Shown here piece after piece: positions 29,384 to 39,815 of a DNA stretch of 64,000 nt. Position 1 is the stretch's first letter; each line of letters opens with the position of its first letter. The translations under genes and the position numbers were made by a program. The stretch comes from Spirochaetia bacterium. GTDB taxonomy: Bacteria > Spirochaetota > Spirochaetia > SZUA-6 > Bin103. Location: positions 1,344,001 to 1,408,000 of the forward strand of contig CBDAOI010000004.1 in the NCBI GenBank assembly GCA_965198005.1. The letters run 5' to 3'. The notes under the pieces were generated by a model. That model did not search any database. It had not been told where the DNA came from and saw only the letters and a program-made list of their open reading frames with translations.

Positions 29384-30217
29384 ATGGCAAGAGAGCATCC
29401 AGTCCATACAGGCGTCGGAATGGAGCTGGTCAGGAAGCTCGCAGAGTCCGGTCAGCGCCTGTTCACGGCCGAAGACGCCCGCAAGGTTGCTCCGACTCTC
29501 GGCATCTCTCCGGGCTACTTCCGGCAGGTCCTTCACCATCTGGCTCGGTCTGGTTGGGTCGTCCGCTTGAAGAAGGGGCTCTACTCACTTTCCGGGTCGC
29601 TTCCGGGCGTGACGCCGGTCCACGAGTTCGAGATCGCGATGGCGCTGGTCAAGCCTGCGGCTGTCAGCCACTGGTCGGCCCTCAGCCACCACGGCCTCAC
29701 CGAACAGGCGCCTCGGCGTGTGTTCGCGCTTACCACCTCCGGGTGGGTGCCTCGGCGCCGCGACGCGAAGGCGCAACGCACCGACGAGGGCTACCCGGTA
29801 GGCGAGACCACCTACCAGTTCGTCCAGGTCAATCCCGAGCGGTTTTTCGGTCTCGAGGACGTATGGGTACACGAGGCCCGAATCAAGATCACGGACCCCG
29901 AGCGGACGCTGTTGGACGGCCTCACGCGGCCCCGGTACTGCGGCGACTTCTTCGAGGTGCTCCACGCCTTCGAGGTCCGGGCCCCCAAGCTCGATGTGGA
30001 CCGCATCGTCCGCTACGCACTCGAGCTGGACGGCGCGACGGCCAAGCGCGTGGGCTGGATCTTGGAACAGCAAGGGGTCGGGAGCGATCAGCTTGTACCG
30101 CTCCGCCAAGTAGCGACTAAGGGATACCGCGTGCTCGATCCGACCGGCCCGCGCCAGGGGCCCTGCGACGCCACCTGGATGATCCAGGTTAATCTGCCGG
30201 GAAAAGTGCGGTCATGA
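29384..30217 (+). CDS. Type IV TA antitoxin AbiEi
   Basis: GWVVRLKKGLY, SHWSALSHHGLTEQ, ITDPERTLLD; ATGA overlap with the toxin. Confidence 0.88.
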   Translation: MAREHPVHTGVGMELVRKLAESGQRLFTAEDARKVAPTLGISPGYFRQVLHHLARSGWVVRLKKGLYSLSGSLPGVTPVHEFEIAMALVKPAAVSHWSALSHHGLTEQAPRRVFALTTSGWVPRRRDAKAQRTDEGYPVGETTYQFVQVNPERFFGLEDVWVHEARIKITDPERTLLDGLTRPRYCGDFFEVLHAFEVRAPKLDVDRIVRYALELDGATAKRVGWILEQQGVGSDQLVPLRQVATKGYRVLDPTGPRQGPCDATWMIQVNLPGKVRS

Positions 30218-30504
30218 AGCCGGTGCGGGTTCGACTGCAGGAAGCCCACAAACGGCTGGGGATTCCTTGGGAGGTGCTCGAACGGGACTACCTCCTCTCG
30301 TGGCTTCTGGCCGGCATCGAGGAAGTGGACGTGCTTCGCGATACCATCGCGTTCAAGGGCGGAACCGCGCTCAAGAAGTGCTACTTTGGCGACTACCGTT
30401 TTTCCGTAGACTTGGATTTCAGCGCCGTCGGCTCGGCTCCGACCGGCGCAGCGTTAGCCCGTCTTTGGATCGACCAGGATCTGAAGCGGGAGATGGGATT
30501 CTGA
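30214..30504 (+). pseudogene. AbiEii nucleotidyltransferase toxin, truncated and fused to an SBP C-terminus
   Basis: LERDYLLSWLL..FKGGTALKKCY..RFSVDLDF, then ARLWIDQDLKREMGF*. Confidence 0.85.
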
Positions 30505-30673
30505 GCATGGACCCCGCCTAAGGGCGGGGTCCGCGAGCGTTTTCGCGCTCGTCTTGCTTGCAGAAAAGGGCGCTGGGCGGCCTCACGGTTCCCGGCGCCC
30601 ATTTACTATGAAGACATGAGAGCGTATGTCATCCGCCGCGTTTTGCTCCTGATACCCACCTTCTTGCTGCTGT
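30457..30673 (+). pseudogene. Relic of SBP-dppB junction
   Basis: SBP tail RLWIDQDLKREMGF*, an intergenic stretch, then ATG 30616 MRAYVIRRVLLLIPTFLLL. Confidence 0.8.
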
Positions 30674-30750
30674 CAGAGAGGACATAGTGTGGCTCCGATG
30701 CACGGCCAGGGAAAGCCACTTGTGTGGCGGGCCGGGCAGAGGCGAGATAG

Positions 30751-30927
30751 GAGCAACTGGCGAGGAAGCTGGGCTCGAGCCAGTCGCGAGTGGCGAAGAT
30801 GGAGGCCGCCGACGCAACGGTGCGCTCCATCCTCTGCAGCGCCTTGAAGATTCTGGCCCGCCGTCGTAGCAAGGTCGGAATCGCGGACAGGTACGTTGTC
30901 CGACAGCTGCCACCGTACTCGGGGTAG
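30751..30927 (+). pseudogene. XRE-HTH fragment
   Basis: EQLARKLGSSQSRVAKMEAAD. Confidence 0.6.
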
Positions 30928-30958
30928 AAAACGGCTTGCGATTTGCTCTCGGGCGCGC

Positions 30959-31834
30959 CTAGACCGACCTGGCGGCATCGGCACCCAGGCGGCCGCCACC
31001 ACCCCGCAACCTTGGGTCTAGCAGGTCCCGCACCGCATCGCCGAACATGTTCAGGCAGTACACAACGATCGTCAGGCACAGCCCTGGCCACAGCGCCAGC
31101 CGTGGCGCCACCTCCATGAACTCGCGCCCTTCCCGGCTGAGCATCCCTCCCCAGCTCGGCACCGAAATCGGCAGACCGAATCCCAAAAAGCTCAGCGCGG
31201 CCTCACTGATGATCACCGCCCCGACGTTGATGGTGAAGATGATGATGATCGGAGCGCCGATATTGGGCAAGACGTGGCGGAGAAGCGTTCTCCACCTGGT
31301 GCTGCCGATCGCCTCTGCCGCCTGGAAATAGACGTTCTCCTTTACCCCAATAACCGCGCCGCGGATTACGCGCGAGCCGCCGATGCCGCCCGTTACCCCC
31401 AGCACCACGATGATCTGCGGCAAACCCCGCCCCACCAGCGACATGATGGTGAGCAACAGCAGCAGCCCCGGGAACGCCATCCAGGCGTCGACAAATCTCT
31501 GCACCGCCAGGTCCAGTCTGCCGCCGAAGAATCCCGAGATTCCGCCTATCAGCACCGCCACCACGACGTTGACCGTGGTCGCCGCCAGACCGACGGTCAG
31601 AGAGATCTGAGCCCCGAAGACAAGGCGGCTCAGCAGGTCCCGGCCCAACTGGTCGGTCCCCAACAGATACCGGTCCGAGGGCGCCTGCATCCGGTCTACG
31701 ATGTTGACTTCATCATGCGGAAAAGGCGCCAGCACATCGGCAAAGATCGCCACGAGCATCAACAGCAGGATGACGACCCCGGCGATGATGCTCAGTGGCT
31801 TCTCCTTGACCAGCCTGCGCAAGAAATCAGTCAT
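30959..31834 (-). CDS. DppC/OppC-type ABC permease
   Basis: LLGTDQLGRD, EAA loop YFQAAEAIG..RHVLPN, GDAVRDLLDPR. Confidence 0.93.
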   Translation of the reverse strand: MTDFLRRLVKEKPLSIIAGVVILLLMLVAIFADVLAPFPHDEVNIVDRMQAPSDRYLLGTDQLGRDLLSRLVFGAQISLTVGLAATTVNVVVAVLIGGISGFFGGRLDLAVQRFVDAWMAFPGLLLLLTIMSLVGRGLPQIIVVLGVTGGIGGSRVIRGAVIGVKENVYFQAAEAIGSTRWRTLLRHVLPNIGAPIIIIFTINVGAVIISEAALSFLGFGLPISVPSWGGMLSREGREFMEVAPRLALWPGLCLTIVVYCLNMFGDAVRDLLDPRLRGGGGRLGADAARSV

Positions 31835-32786
31835 AGCGGACCCTGGGGTCCAGGACGGCGTAGAGCACGTCGATGAGCAGATTGATCACCACCACCCCAG
31901 TGGCGAAGAACAGGTTGATGCCGGAGACCATCGGGTAGTCTCTGTCGTTGAGGGCATTCAGCAGGAGGCGCCCGAGCCCCGGCAGGTTGAAGATGTTCTC
32001 CATGATCACGGCGCCCCCGACCAGGATCGGCAACTGCAGGCCGATCAGGGACACCACCGGGATGAGGGCGTTCTTGACGGCGTGTCGGATCACCACGGCC
32101 CGCTCCCTGAGCCCCTTGGACCAGGCGGTTCGAATATAGTCCTGCCTCAGCACCTCCAGCATCATGGTGCGCGTCATCCGCATGGTGGCGGCAGCCGCGG
32201 CCGTTCCCAGAATCAGGCTGGGAATGAGGAACACCGCCAGATTCCCCAGCGGGTCCTCTGTGAAAGAAACCAGCTCCAGCGGCGGCGCCCAGCCCCACCA
32301 GATGGCTGGGTAGATCATGACCATGATGCCGAGCCAGAAGTTGGGCGTGGCCAGGCCGATGATGGCGACCGAGCGCCCCAGGAAGTCGGCGACGGTATCC
32401 TGGCGAATCGCCGAGTAGATGCCGACCGGCAACGCGATCACCAGCCCGATGAGGATTGCCATCAAACCAAGCTCGATGGTTACCGGCAGTCTATCTATTA
32501 TCTTCTGCTCCACCGCCCCGCGGCCCATCAGTGATTCGCCGAGGCTGCCGTGCACGAAAATGCCTCCTAGCCAGCGTCCATACTGCACGTAGGCAGGCAC
32601 GTCCAATCCCAGCCGGCGCTCAACGGCTGCACGGTCAAGCGCCCCCATCGTTTGGTATTCCATCCTACCTGTCATCACGTCTACTACATCTCCCGGGATG
32701 AAGCGCACCGAGAGAAAGACCAGGATGCTCAAGATGAACAGCGTGGGCAGAATCAGCAATAACCGCCTGATGATATAGGCTTTCAT
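31827..32786 (-). CDS. DppB/OppB-type ABC permease
   Basis: MKAYIIRRLL, QDYIRTAWSKGL, NDRDYP, LDPRVRY. Confidence 0.93.
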   Translation of the reverse strand: MKAYIIRRLLLILPTLFILSILVFLSVRFIPGDVVDVMTGRMEYQTMGALDRAAVERRLGLDVPAYVQYGRWLGGIFVHGSLGESLMGRGAVEQKIIDRLPVTIELGLMAILIGLVIALPVGIYSAIRQDTVADFLGRSVAIIGLATPNFWLGIMVMIYPAIWWGWAPPLELVSFTEDPLGNLAVFLIPSLILGTAAAAATMRMTRTMMLEVLRQDYIRTAWSKGLRERAVVIRHAVKNALIPVVSLIGLQLPILVGGAVIMENIFNLPGLGRLLLNALNDRDYPMVSGINLFFATGVVVINLLIDVLYAVLDPRVRYD

Positions 32787-32810
32787 GGGGACACCTGATT
32801 CAATGAGTCA

Positions 32811-32850
32811 GGGGCTGGGAGGCTCGCTCCGAACGCAACCTCCCAGCCCC
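32811..32850 (-). terminator. Intercistronic hairpin between SBP and dppB
   Basis: ggggctgggagg...cctcccagcccc 12-bp stem. Confidence 0.6.
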
Positions 32851-33159
32851 TTTCGTGTAGGTCAGTAGGGGTGGGCTCCCTCTAGCGACCCATTTCTTTC
32901 TTCAGATCCTGGCCAATCCAGAGGCGGGTGAAGACGGTGTTACTTTGACCGCCTCCCAACGTGAATTCACCGTTGTAACCCATGACCCACGGCTGGCTTG
33001 CCTGAAAATGTGGAGCCAGAGGACCCCATATCTGCCAGAACTTCTCTATCGCATACAGATCCAACTCTCCAACTATCCTGTTGCGCCCCTCGAGGGTGGA
33101 AGCGGCTCCGCCCGCTTCAAACAAGGCTTCATAAACCGGGTCGTTGACATTTGAGGTGT

Positions 33160-34279
33160 TCTGGGGTATCCATTTAACCGGACTAATGCTGTAGACTGTC
33201 GCCATGGAATACCCGCGCGGCGGCGCGCACTACCCGAGGTCGGTCGGAGAGTTCCAGGCTTGGTTCCAGAACGATGAGGACTGCTTGGACTACTTGGAGT
33301 GGCTGCGATGGCCGGCCGGCTTCGTGTGCTCGGCTTGTGGTCATCATGGGGAGTGGCGGCTGGGGGACGGTAGGCTCAGGTGCTCCGGGTGCGGCGGCCG
33401 CACTTCGGCGACCGCCGGCACGATTTTCGACCGGACACGAACGCCGCTGACGGTGTGGTTCACTGCCTGCTGGCTGTTCGCCACCGGTAAAGATGGGATT
33501 TCGGCGCTGAGCCTGAAGCGGACGCTGGAGATCGGCTCCTACCAGACGGCATGGACTATGCTGCATCGTCTGCGCGCGGTACTGGTACGTCCGGGGCGGG
33601 ATCGGCTGCGCGGGCTGGTGGAGGTAGATGAGACTTACATCGGCGGTGAGGAGCCGGGGCTGCGCGGCGGCCGGGCCGCGGGCAAGAAGGTACTGACCGG
33701 CGTAGCGGTCGAAGTCCGGGAGCCGAAAGGGATGGGCCGGTGTCGGATCGCACCGGTCCCGGATGCATCGGGGGCCTCGTTGCACCGGTTCGTGACGGAT
33801 CACGTCGAACCGGGTGCGACGGTCATCACCGACGGCTGGCAGGGCTATAGCGGACTGGAGCAGCTCGGCTATGCCCACGACCGGCGCAGCCAGCGGGCGG
33901 CTCGATTACGCGGAGAGGAGCCCGGCAAGCTGCTTCCCGCCGTGCACCAAGTTGCCTCGCTGGCCAAGCGGTGGCTGCTCGGCACCCATCAAGGCTCGGC
34001 GGAACACACGCACTTGGCCAGCTACCTCAATGAATTCGTGTTCCGCTTCAACCGTCGCCGTTCCCGGAGTCGCGGGATGGTATTCTTTCGGGTGCTAGAG
34101 CTCGCCGTCACGCACGCCCCAGTGCGCTACCAGGATCTCATCGCCAGCCATCGACCTCGGAAAGTTCCGCCAACACCGCCGCGGGGGCGCGGGCATCCGC
34201 CGAGCTTAGCGCGGCCTCCAGCGAACCGCCCGTGGAGAACAGCGAATCCAGCTAAGTCCGGTTAAATGGATACCCCAGA
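33160..34279 (+). mobile_element. IS1595-family insertion sequence
   Basis: Perfect 25-bp TIR tctggggtatccatttaaccggact; 8-bp TSD TGAGGTGT (33152-33159, 34280-34287). Confidence 0.95.
33204..34265 (+). CDS. IS1595-family DDE transposase
   Basis: Zn ribbon CxxC..CxxC, VEVDETYIGG, TDGWQGY, YLNEFVFRFNRR. Confidence 0.95.
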   Translation: MEYPRGGAHYPRSVGEFQAWFQNDEDCLDYLEWLRWPAGFVCSACGHHGEWRLGDGRLRCSGCGGRTSATAGTIFDRTRTPLTVWFTACWLFATGKDGISALSLKRTLEIGSYQTAWTMLHRLRAVLVRPGRDRLRGLVEVDETYIGGEEPGLRGGRAAGKKVLTGVAVEVREPKGMGRCRIAPVPDASGASLHRFVTDHVEPGATVITDGWQGYSGLEQLGYAHDRRSQRAARLRGEEPGKLLPAVHQVASLAKRWLLGTHQGSAEHTHLASYLNEFVFRFNRRRSRSRGMVFFRVLELAVTHAPVRYQDLIASHRPRKVPPTPPRGRGHPPSLARPPANRPWRTANPAKSG

Positions 34280-35806
34280 TGAGGTGTTATGGTTTGCGGT
34301 CGACGTATAGCGAGCTTGCAATCCCAATGGGAACCACCTATTGGCCGCTTCCGAACTCATCATTTCGAAATCCCTATCACTTCTTCTAGCGACGAATTCG
34401 GCTACTGGCTGTACATCGATCTCCACATCAACGCCAATTTTTTTCCAGTATGAAACGGCTAATTCTACATAGTTCAAATCGCGCCGGTCGAGGTGCACCA
34501 ACTCGGTCTTGAATCTGATGCCGTCCGCTCCGCGAGGATATCCAGCCTCATCAAGCAACGCCTCGGCACCTTCCGGGTCGTAGTCGAATACCTTCTTGAC
34601 ATCTTCGGACCACTCTTCAAATGGGGTGATAATGTCTGCAAAAGTACGGTTTGCCTGCCCCTGGGGTGTCGTATCTGCATAACCTCTATAGTAGGCGTTG
34701 TTAATTTCGTCGAGATTCAATGCCTTCTGCATTGCTTTGCGCACCCTGATATCGGAAAAATATGGCAACTGAATGTTCATACCAAAAGCGTTATCCGACC
34801 GAGTGTAAAATGGCCATATCACGAGTTCGGGGTTGGTCCGCCGGAGGCTCTCCACCTGGTCGAGAGTCCTCATTTGAGATATCCCGATCGGACCTATGTA
34901 ATCAACCTGACCCGTGCGCAGTGCCGCCATATATGTTGCCACTTCGGGCATAATCAGGGCCCTTAACCTGTCAACATAGGGCAAGCGGTTCTCCGGGTAT
35001 TTTTCGTCGAAACCCCAGTAGTCGGGATTCTTGTCCCAGGTTACCGAGCTGCCCTCGGTCCAGTCAGTTAGCATCATGGGTCCGGTGCCGACCAGATTCC
35101 TCCAATCCGTAACGTCACCGTGTTCCTTGATTACCTCGGGAGGATATGTCCAGCCAAGCAGGCCGTCGAGGATACCAGCCAGTGCACCAAGGTTTAGCTG
35201 CTTCAGCTTCATAACAACCGTCCATCTGTCGGTGGCCGTTATCGATTCAAATTGCACACCTTGCAACGCAGTAACAAATTGGCTAGGTTCGGTGAAACCG
35301 CTGCCCAGACCCAGAAAACGGTGATAGTTATAGACGATGTCATCGGCAGTCAGCTCGCGACCGTTCATCGGTGGTTTATCATGCCAGTGAACGCCCTGGC
35401 GGACGTTGAAGACATAAGTCAGTGGGTCGGGGGTTTCCCAGCTTTCCGCCAGATGCCCTGTGAAGGCAGAGAAAGGAACGAATGCGAGCGCTTTAAAGTC
35501 AAATTCATCCCTGGGCGTTGCCCAGTCCGCGATGGCCAGCTTCTCCAAAACGCCAGCGACGTAGGTGGACGCCCACACACCATGGGGCACGACGTCAGGA
35601 CCCTCAGGCTCTTCTTTTTGGGCGAAGGTTATTGTCCCGCCGTACTGGGGCGCCACCACCACCTTGCCGGTGGAGGGGTCGGTGACGTACTTCTTGTCAG
35701 CGGCGGCTGCCGGCTCCTCTTCTGCGCCAGCGGCCCACAGGCCGGTTGCGGTCAGGGCGAGGACCAACGCAATCGCGAAGGTCATTCTGATTTTTACAAT
35801 GTTCAT

Positions 35807-36200
35807 ACGTTTCTCCGTATGTGGATTTTTCGAGAGTATTGCGAAGCGGATTGCCGCTCCCTGGCTACTCTCGCGCCCGCGTTGCAGGCGGCCAGACCGA
35901 GTCAAATCTGCATGTGCGCGCGGCGTGTAACTCAGCGGGCTCAGGCCGCGCGCAGGTGCGGTTCTTTGAGTACCATGTGCACCTCCTGTGCGCCGGGAAT
36001 ACCGGCAGGGTTGTAATGGATGTGATTGACCGGCAACGCCGGCGGTTGGTTCTGCGACGGTGTGTCGGGGTCGGGGATGCAGTGGACTGAGCCGGCGCCA
36101 CGCGGAGCCGGCCGCTCCCCCGGTGCTGCAGGCGAAGCCGCCCGCGGTGCGGTGAGCCCGAGCGGTTAGTTGTTTCTCTGTTCGAAAAGTGGGGGGGGGA
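35807..36200 (-). promoter_or_regulatory. Conserved SBP leader (copy 2): C9 tract, conserved box, uORF, hairpins
   Basis: Colinear similarity to 53181-53664. Confidence 0.75.
35941..35976 (-). CDS. Putative leader peptide MVLKEPHLRAA
   Basis: AGGAGGT SD 4 nt upstream; conserved at 53483-53518. Confidence 0.55.
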   Translation of the reverse strand: MVLKEPHLRAA

Positions 36201-36870
36201 CTCCTCACCATTAAGCAAGCGCGCCGCGAGCTGATTTTCAGCAAATCTCGGCGCGCGGCTGTCAGGGGAACAGAGTGTCATAAGCGTTGACGTGTTATAA
36301 GTCACTCAAGCCCTCCGCAGGTGAGGCACAGCCATACCCAGATGTAGTCGCGATGTCGCGATTGACTGGATCCCACCCTATCGTAACCTCCGCTCCCGTG
36401 GACGTCAACCACGAATCGGCCCAGCAATTCTCGGTGAACGGCAGTCGATGGCCTGAAGAGACAGTCTGGAGGGGCCCCCACCATTTGTCAACCCCCGCCG
36501 CGAAAGGATTTCCGGGGGGGAGGGGATGGGCAAGGGTAGGACGCGCCGGTTGCGTTGCCCCTAACCGGTGGCAGCGCTGAGTAGTGTTTTCAGCCATCTT
36601 TTGCATCCGTTCAAACCTGAGACTTTTTACTATGCCACCCCTGCGGCAAACACGTCGACAGGAAGAACTGGCGAATTGAAGGTTTCTTGAGATTTCTTTC
36701 GGGCAGCCGCGGCAGCCGAGAGCCCCTCGCGGCGCCGACTCGGGCGCATCGCCCCTCCGGAGCCGTCATTCGCCGGCGATGTGGCCGTCCGCAGGCCGTT
36801 CACCGTCCACGTCGGCCTCACAGCGGCCCGCTGAGGGCCTTCCAGCCCCTCGGGGGTAAGCCTGGGGTAC

Positions 36871-38786
36871 GAGCGCCAGGCTAACTGGCATATGACAGAG
36901 GGTGAAAGTCCCTCGGAACGAAGGAGCAGCCAATCCACGTTTCTCCGCGAGCCGTGCGTTGGCACCTGCGAGGGTGCAGGCGAAGCGTCGGCAGCGGTGC
37001 GTGCGGGCAGAGTTATGGAGCGCCGCAAAATACGACATCTGGAGTGCCGAGACTCTGTACTCGGTCGAAGGCAACACCGGTCGAGCCAGTATGGTGAGGA
37101 TCGACCGGGCTCCACGGCGTCGAAGAACTCAGGCACGTGCGTACGTCATATACCGGGACCTGGGAGGTCTTCGGGTCGTCCCGGCGAGTCGTCGCCGGGA
37201 CCGCGGAGGGAAGGCGTGAGGCTGGACCAAAGATGAACGACCCGAAGGAGTCGGACATGGGCATAGTAGCGGCGAAGCCGGCGAACAAGGGAGCGCAAGC
37301 GACTGCGGAGACGGTGGAGCGAAGGCCCATGACCAACGGGAATTCGCAAGGTCAAAGCACGGGCCGGACGCAGAGTCGGGCAACCGTGACACAGGCGGCC
37401 GAGCGGATACGGCAATTCGTAAAGAGAGAACCGCAGGAGAAACTCACTGCGCTGCTGCACCACGTGACGCCGGAAGCGCTGCGGGTGGCCTATTACGCGC
37501 TGAAGCGTGAAGCGGCCCCGGGGGTGGACGGGATGACGTGGCGGGAGTACGAGACGGGGTTGGAAGTGCGCTTGCACGACCTGCACCGGCGAGTACACAC
37601 AGGAGCGTACCGAGCGACCCCGGTACGGCGGGTCAACATCGACAAGCCGGACGGAGGCACACGACCGCTGGGGGTGGCCGCGCTGGAGGACAAGATCGTC
37701 CAGAAGGCCGTGGTGGATGTGATCCTGACACCGATCTATGAGGAGGAATTTCTCGGGATCAGCTATGGGTTTCGACCGGGGCGCGGGGCACACGATGCGT
37801 TGGACGCACTGGCCTACGCCATCGAACGGCGCGAAGTGAACTGGATATTGGACGCGGACATTCGCGCCTACTTCGACACGATCTCGCGGGACTGGTTGAT
37901 CAGATTCCTGGAGCATCGGATTGGAGATCGGCGGGTGCTGCGGCTGATAAAGAAGTGGCTGCGCGCTGGGGTACTGGAAGAAGGCCGACAGATCGACGCG
38001 GGGCGGGGTACAGCGCAAGGGTCGGTGATTTCACCGATGCTCGCGAATATATACTTGCACTACGTGTTGGACCTGTGGGTCACCAAGAAGTGGCGGCCGC
38101 AGGAGGCGCGCGGAGACATGATCATAGTGCGCTACGCAGATGACTATGTCGCCGGGTTCGAGCATCGTGACGATGCGGAACGCTTCCTGCGGGAACTGAA
38201 GGAGCGATTCAGAGGCTTCGAGCTGGAACTGAACGCCGACAAGACCCGACTCCTCGAGTTTGGACGGTATGCCGAAAGGAACCGCCGAGCACGTGGGGAA
38301 GGGCGACCGGAGACGTTCGACTTTCTGGGTTTCACGCATTATTGCAGGAAGGACAGGAAAGGACGCTTCGGGCTGGGGCGGAAGCCAATTCGGAAGCGGA
38401 TGAATCGTACGCTGAAGAGGATCAAGATCGAGCTCCGCAGACGAATGCATGATGACGTGATGGAAACCGGGCGCTGGCTGGGACGGGTACTGCGCGGATG
38501 GCTCAACTACTACGCGGTACCCACCAGCTACCGCTATCTGCACCGATTCGTGTGGCGTCTGCGAGGAATCTGGGTAAAGATTCTACGCCGGAGGTCCCAG
38601 AAGGACCGATTCTCCTGGGCTTGGATGCTGGCGATCAGCATCAAGCTGTGGCCCCAACCCCGAATCGTACACTCATGGCCGGACCGGCGATTTGCCGTCA
38701 ACCACCGAAGGTAGGAGCCGGATGGTTTAACGACCACGTCCGGATCTGTGCGGGGGGCGCCGGGTAACCGGCGTTCCTACCGCGCC
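36871..38786 (+). mobile_element. Group II intron (no endonuclease domain)
   Basis: Domain V gagccggatggtttaacgaccacgtccggatc and domain VI gggggcgccgggtaaccggcgttcctacc right after the RT stop; 5' end GAGCG at 36871; 3' end ambiguous within a C run. Confidence 0.85.
37329..38714 (+). CDS. ltrA: Group II intron reverse transcriptase/maturase (start uncertain)
   Basis: APGVDG, RPLG, SYGFRPGRG, QGSVISP.LANIYLH, RYADD, FDFLGF, GWLNYY. Confidence 0.95.
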   Translation: MTNGNSQGQSTGRTQSRATVTQAAERIRQFVKREPQEKLTALLHHVTPEALRVAYYALKREAAPGVDGMTWREYETGLEVRLHDLHRRVHTGAYRATPVRRVNIDKPDGGTRPLGVAALEDKIVQKAVVDVILTPIYEEEFLGISYGFRPGRGAHDALDALAYAIERREVNWILDADIRAYFDTISRDWLIRFLEHRIGDRRVLRLIKKWLRAGVLEEGRQIDAGRGTAQGSVISPMLANIYLHYVLDLWVTKKWRPQEARGDMIIVRYADDYVAGFEHRDDAERFLRELKERFRGFELELNADKTRLLEFGRYAERNRRARGEGRPETFDFLGFTHYCRKDRKGRFGLGRKPIRKRMNRTLKRIKIELRRRMHDDVMETGRWLGRVLRGWLNYYAVPTSYRYLHRFVWRLRGIWVKILRRRSQKDRFSWAWMLAISIKLWPQPRIVHSWPDRRFAVNHRR

Positions 38787-39046
38787 CCCCTGCAACACCC
38801 GTCAACGCCGATTCCCGGCACCGCTGGCTCCGTATTGACCGCGCCGCCACCGCCCGCAGCCCAGCCTGGTCGGGTCGCAGCCACCTCCAGGACCAGCTAC
38901 TAGCGACGGCAGACCTCCTCGAGCGTCAAGCCGCCGCTCCGTCAGTCGCCGCGCGCGGGGGGAATGGGCCGTTGCTGCGGCCGTCGCGGCGCTCCGGAGG
39001 TGCAACCGCGAGCCGCTCGTCGGTTGAGTTCGAGGCTGCTCGGACA

Positions 39047-39215
39047 GGAGCGGCAGCACGAGCGCCGCCGCGGCGACGATCTCGGCACTCGGACCCGTTC
39101 AGGGCCGGCATTCACCGCCGATTGGCCGGCAGCGGGCCGCTCGGCGTCCGAGTCGGCCTCATAGCGGCCCCCTGACGGCCTTCCAAACCCAGGGAGATAC
39201 CCCAGGGCACCCCCC
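39047..39215 (+). repeat. Degenerate direct copy of the sequence preceding the intron insertion site (about 36705-36870)
   Basis: 39152-39185 vs 36811-36844 differ at 3 of 34 positions, with weaker similarity on both sides. Confidence 0.7.
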
Positions 39216-39388
39216 GGAATCCCGCAAAATGCCCGTCGAAGCCGTTTCCCACCACCGCTGACACCGCTGACACGCCGCGCGGTCCGCCACCCGGCTCCCG
39301 TGTGCCACCTCGAACATCAATCCGAGACCGGCACTGATCAGCGCTTGCAGGTCAGGAACGACGTGAGGTGCGGGCTGCAGAGCCCCCC

Positions 39389-39676
39389 TCAGTCGCGCCC
39401 ATACCCGCGCGGCGGCTCGACGCTCTCCAGTTCGGCAAGATCAAGCCCGCACATCGCCTCCAGCCGCTGTGCGAGCGCGGACTCCTGGAGACTGTCGGGC
39501 AAGTGGTCGAGCCACGCTTGATACTCACCCTGGAGGTCAAGCAGGGTGCCTACCGCATCCTGCCAACGCTGCGGTCGGGACCTGCGGTCTTGCGGCCTGC
39601 GGTACTGCACCCGGGGCTGCGCTGCCTTGCGGCGCTCTCGATAGCGCCGTTGTCGTTCCGCGTTACTTACCGCCAC
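39389..39676 (-). CDS. Conserved small mobile-element-associated hypothetical protein
   Basis: SNAERQRRYRER basic helix; RSRPQRW.DAV..EPPRGYGRD tail. Confidence 0.75.
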   Translation of the reverse strand: MAVSNAERQRRYRERRKAAQPRVQYRRPQDRRSRPQRWQDAVGTLLDLQGEYQAWLDHLPDSLQESALAQRLEAMCGLDLAELESVEPPRGYGRD

Positions 39677-39815
39677 TGCTCTACTTCCCGTTACGCTCCG
39701 TTACGTAACAGGTTCGGATTATCCGTGCACCGGTGCCGGTTCGCGCCGCGCAGTCTCCGGTCGCTCCCGTGAGCGGCGGGGACGACGCTTCCCGCGCCCG
39801 GCCCACCTTCCCCCA

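Larger units (their letters stand above)
32882..35806 (-). pseudogene. ABC substrate-binding protein (family 5) interrupted by IS1595
   Basis: Removing 33160-34279 plus one TSD restores ..ANHNTSNVNDP.. in frame; paralog of 53665-55482. Confidence 0.92.

Noticed and set aside
35807-36244. 146-aa N-terminal extension as part of the mature SBP
   Set aside because: A signal peptide and SD at ATG 35806 match the paralog at 53665; the extension is considered only as a possible leader ORF
37137-38714. Retron, DGR or defence RT
   Set aside because: Maturase domain and domains V/VI directly after the stop identify a group II intron; no TR/VR pair or msr-msd seen
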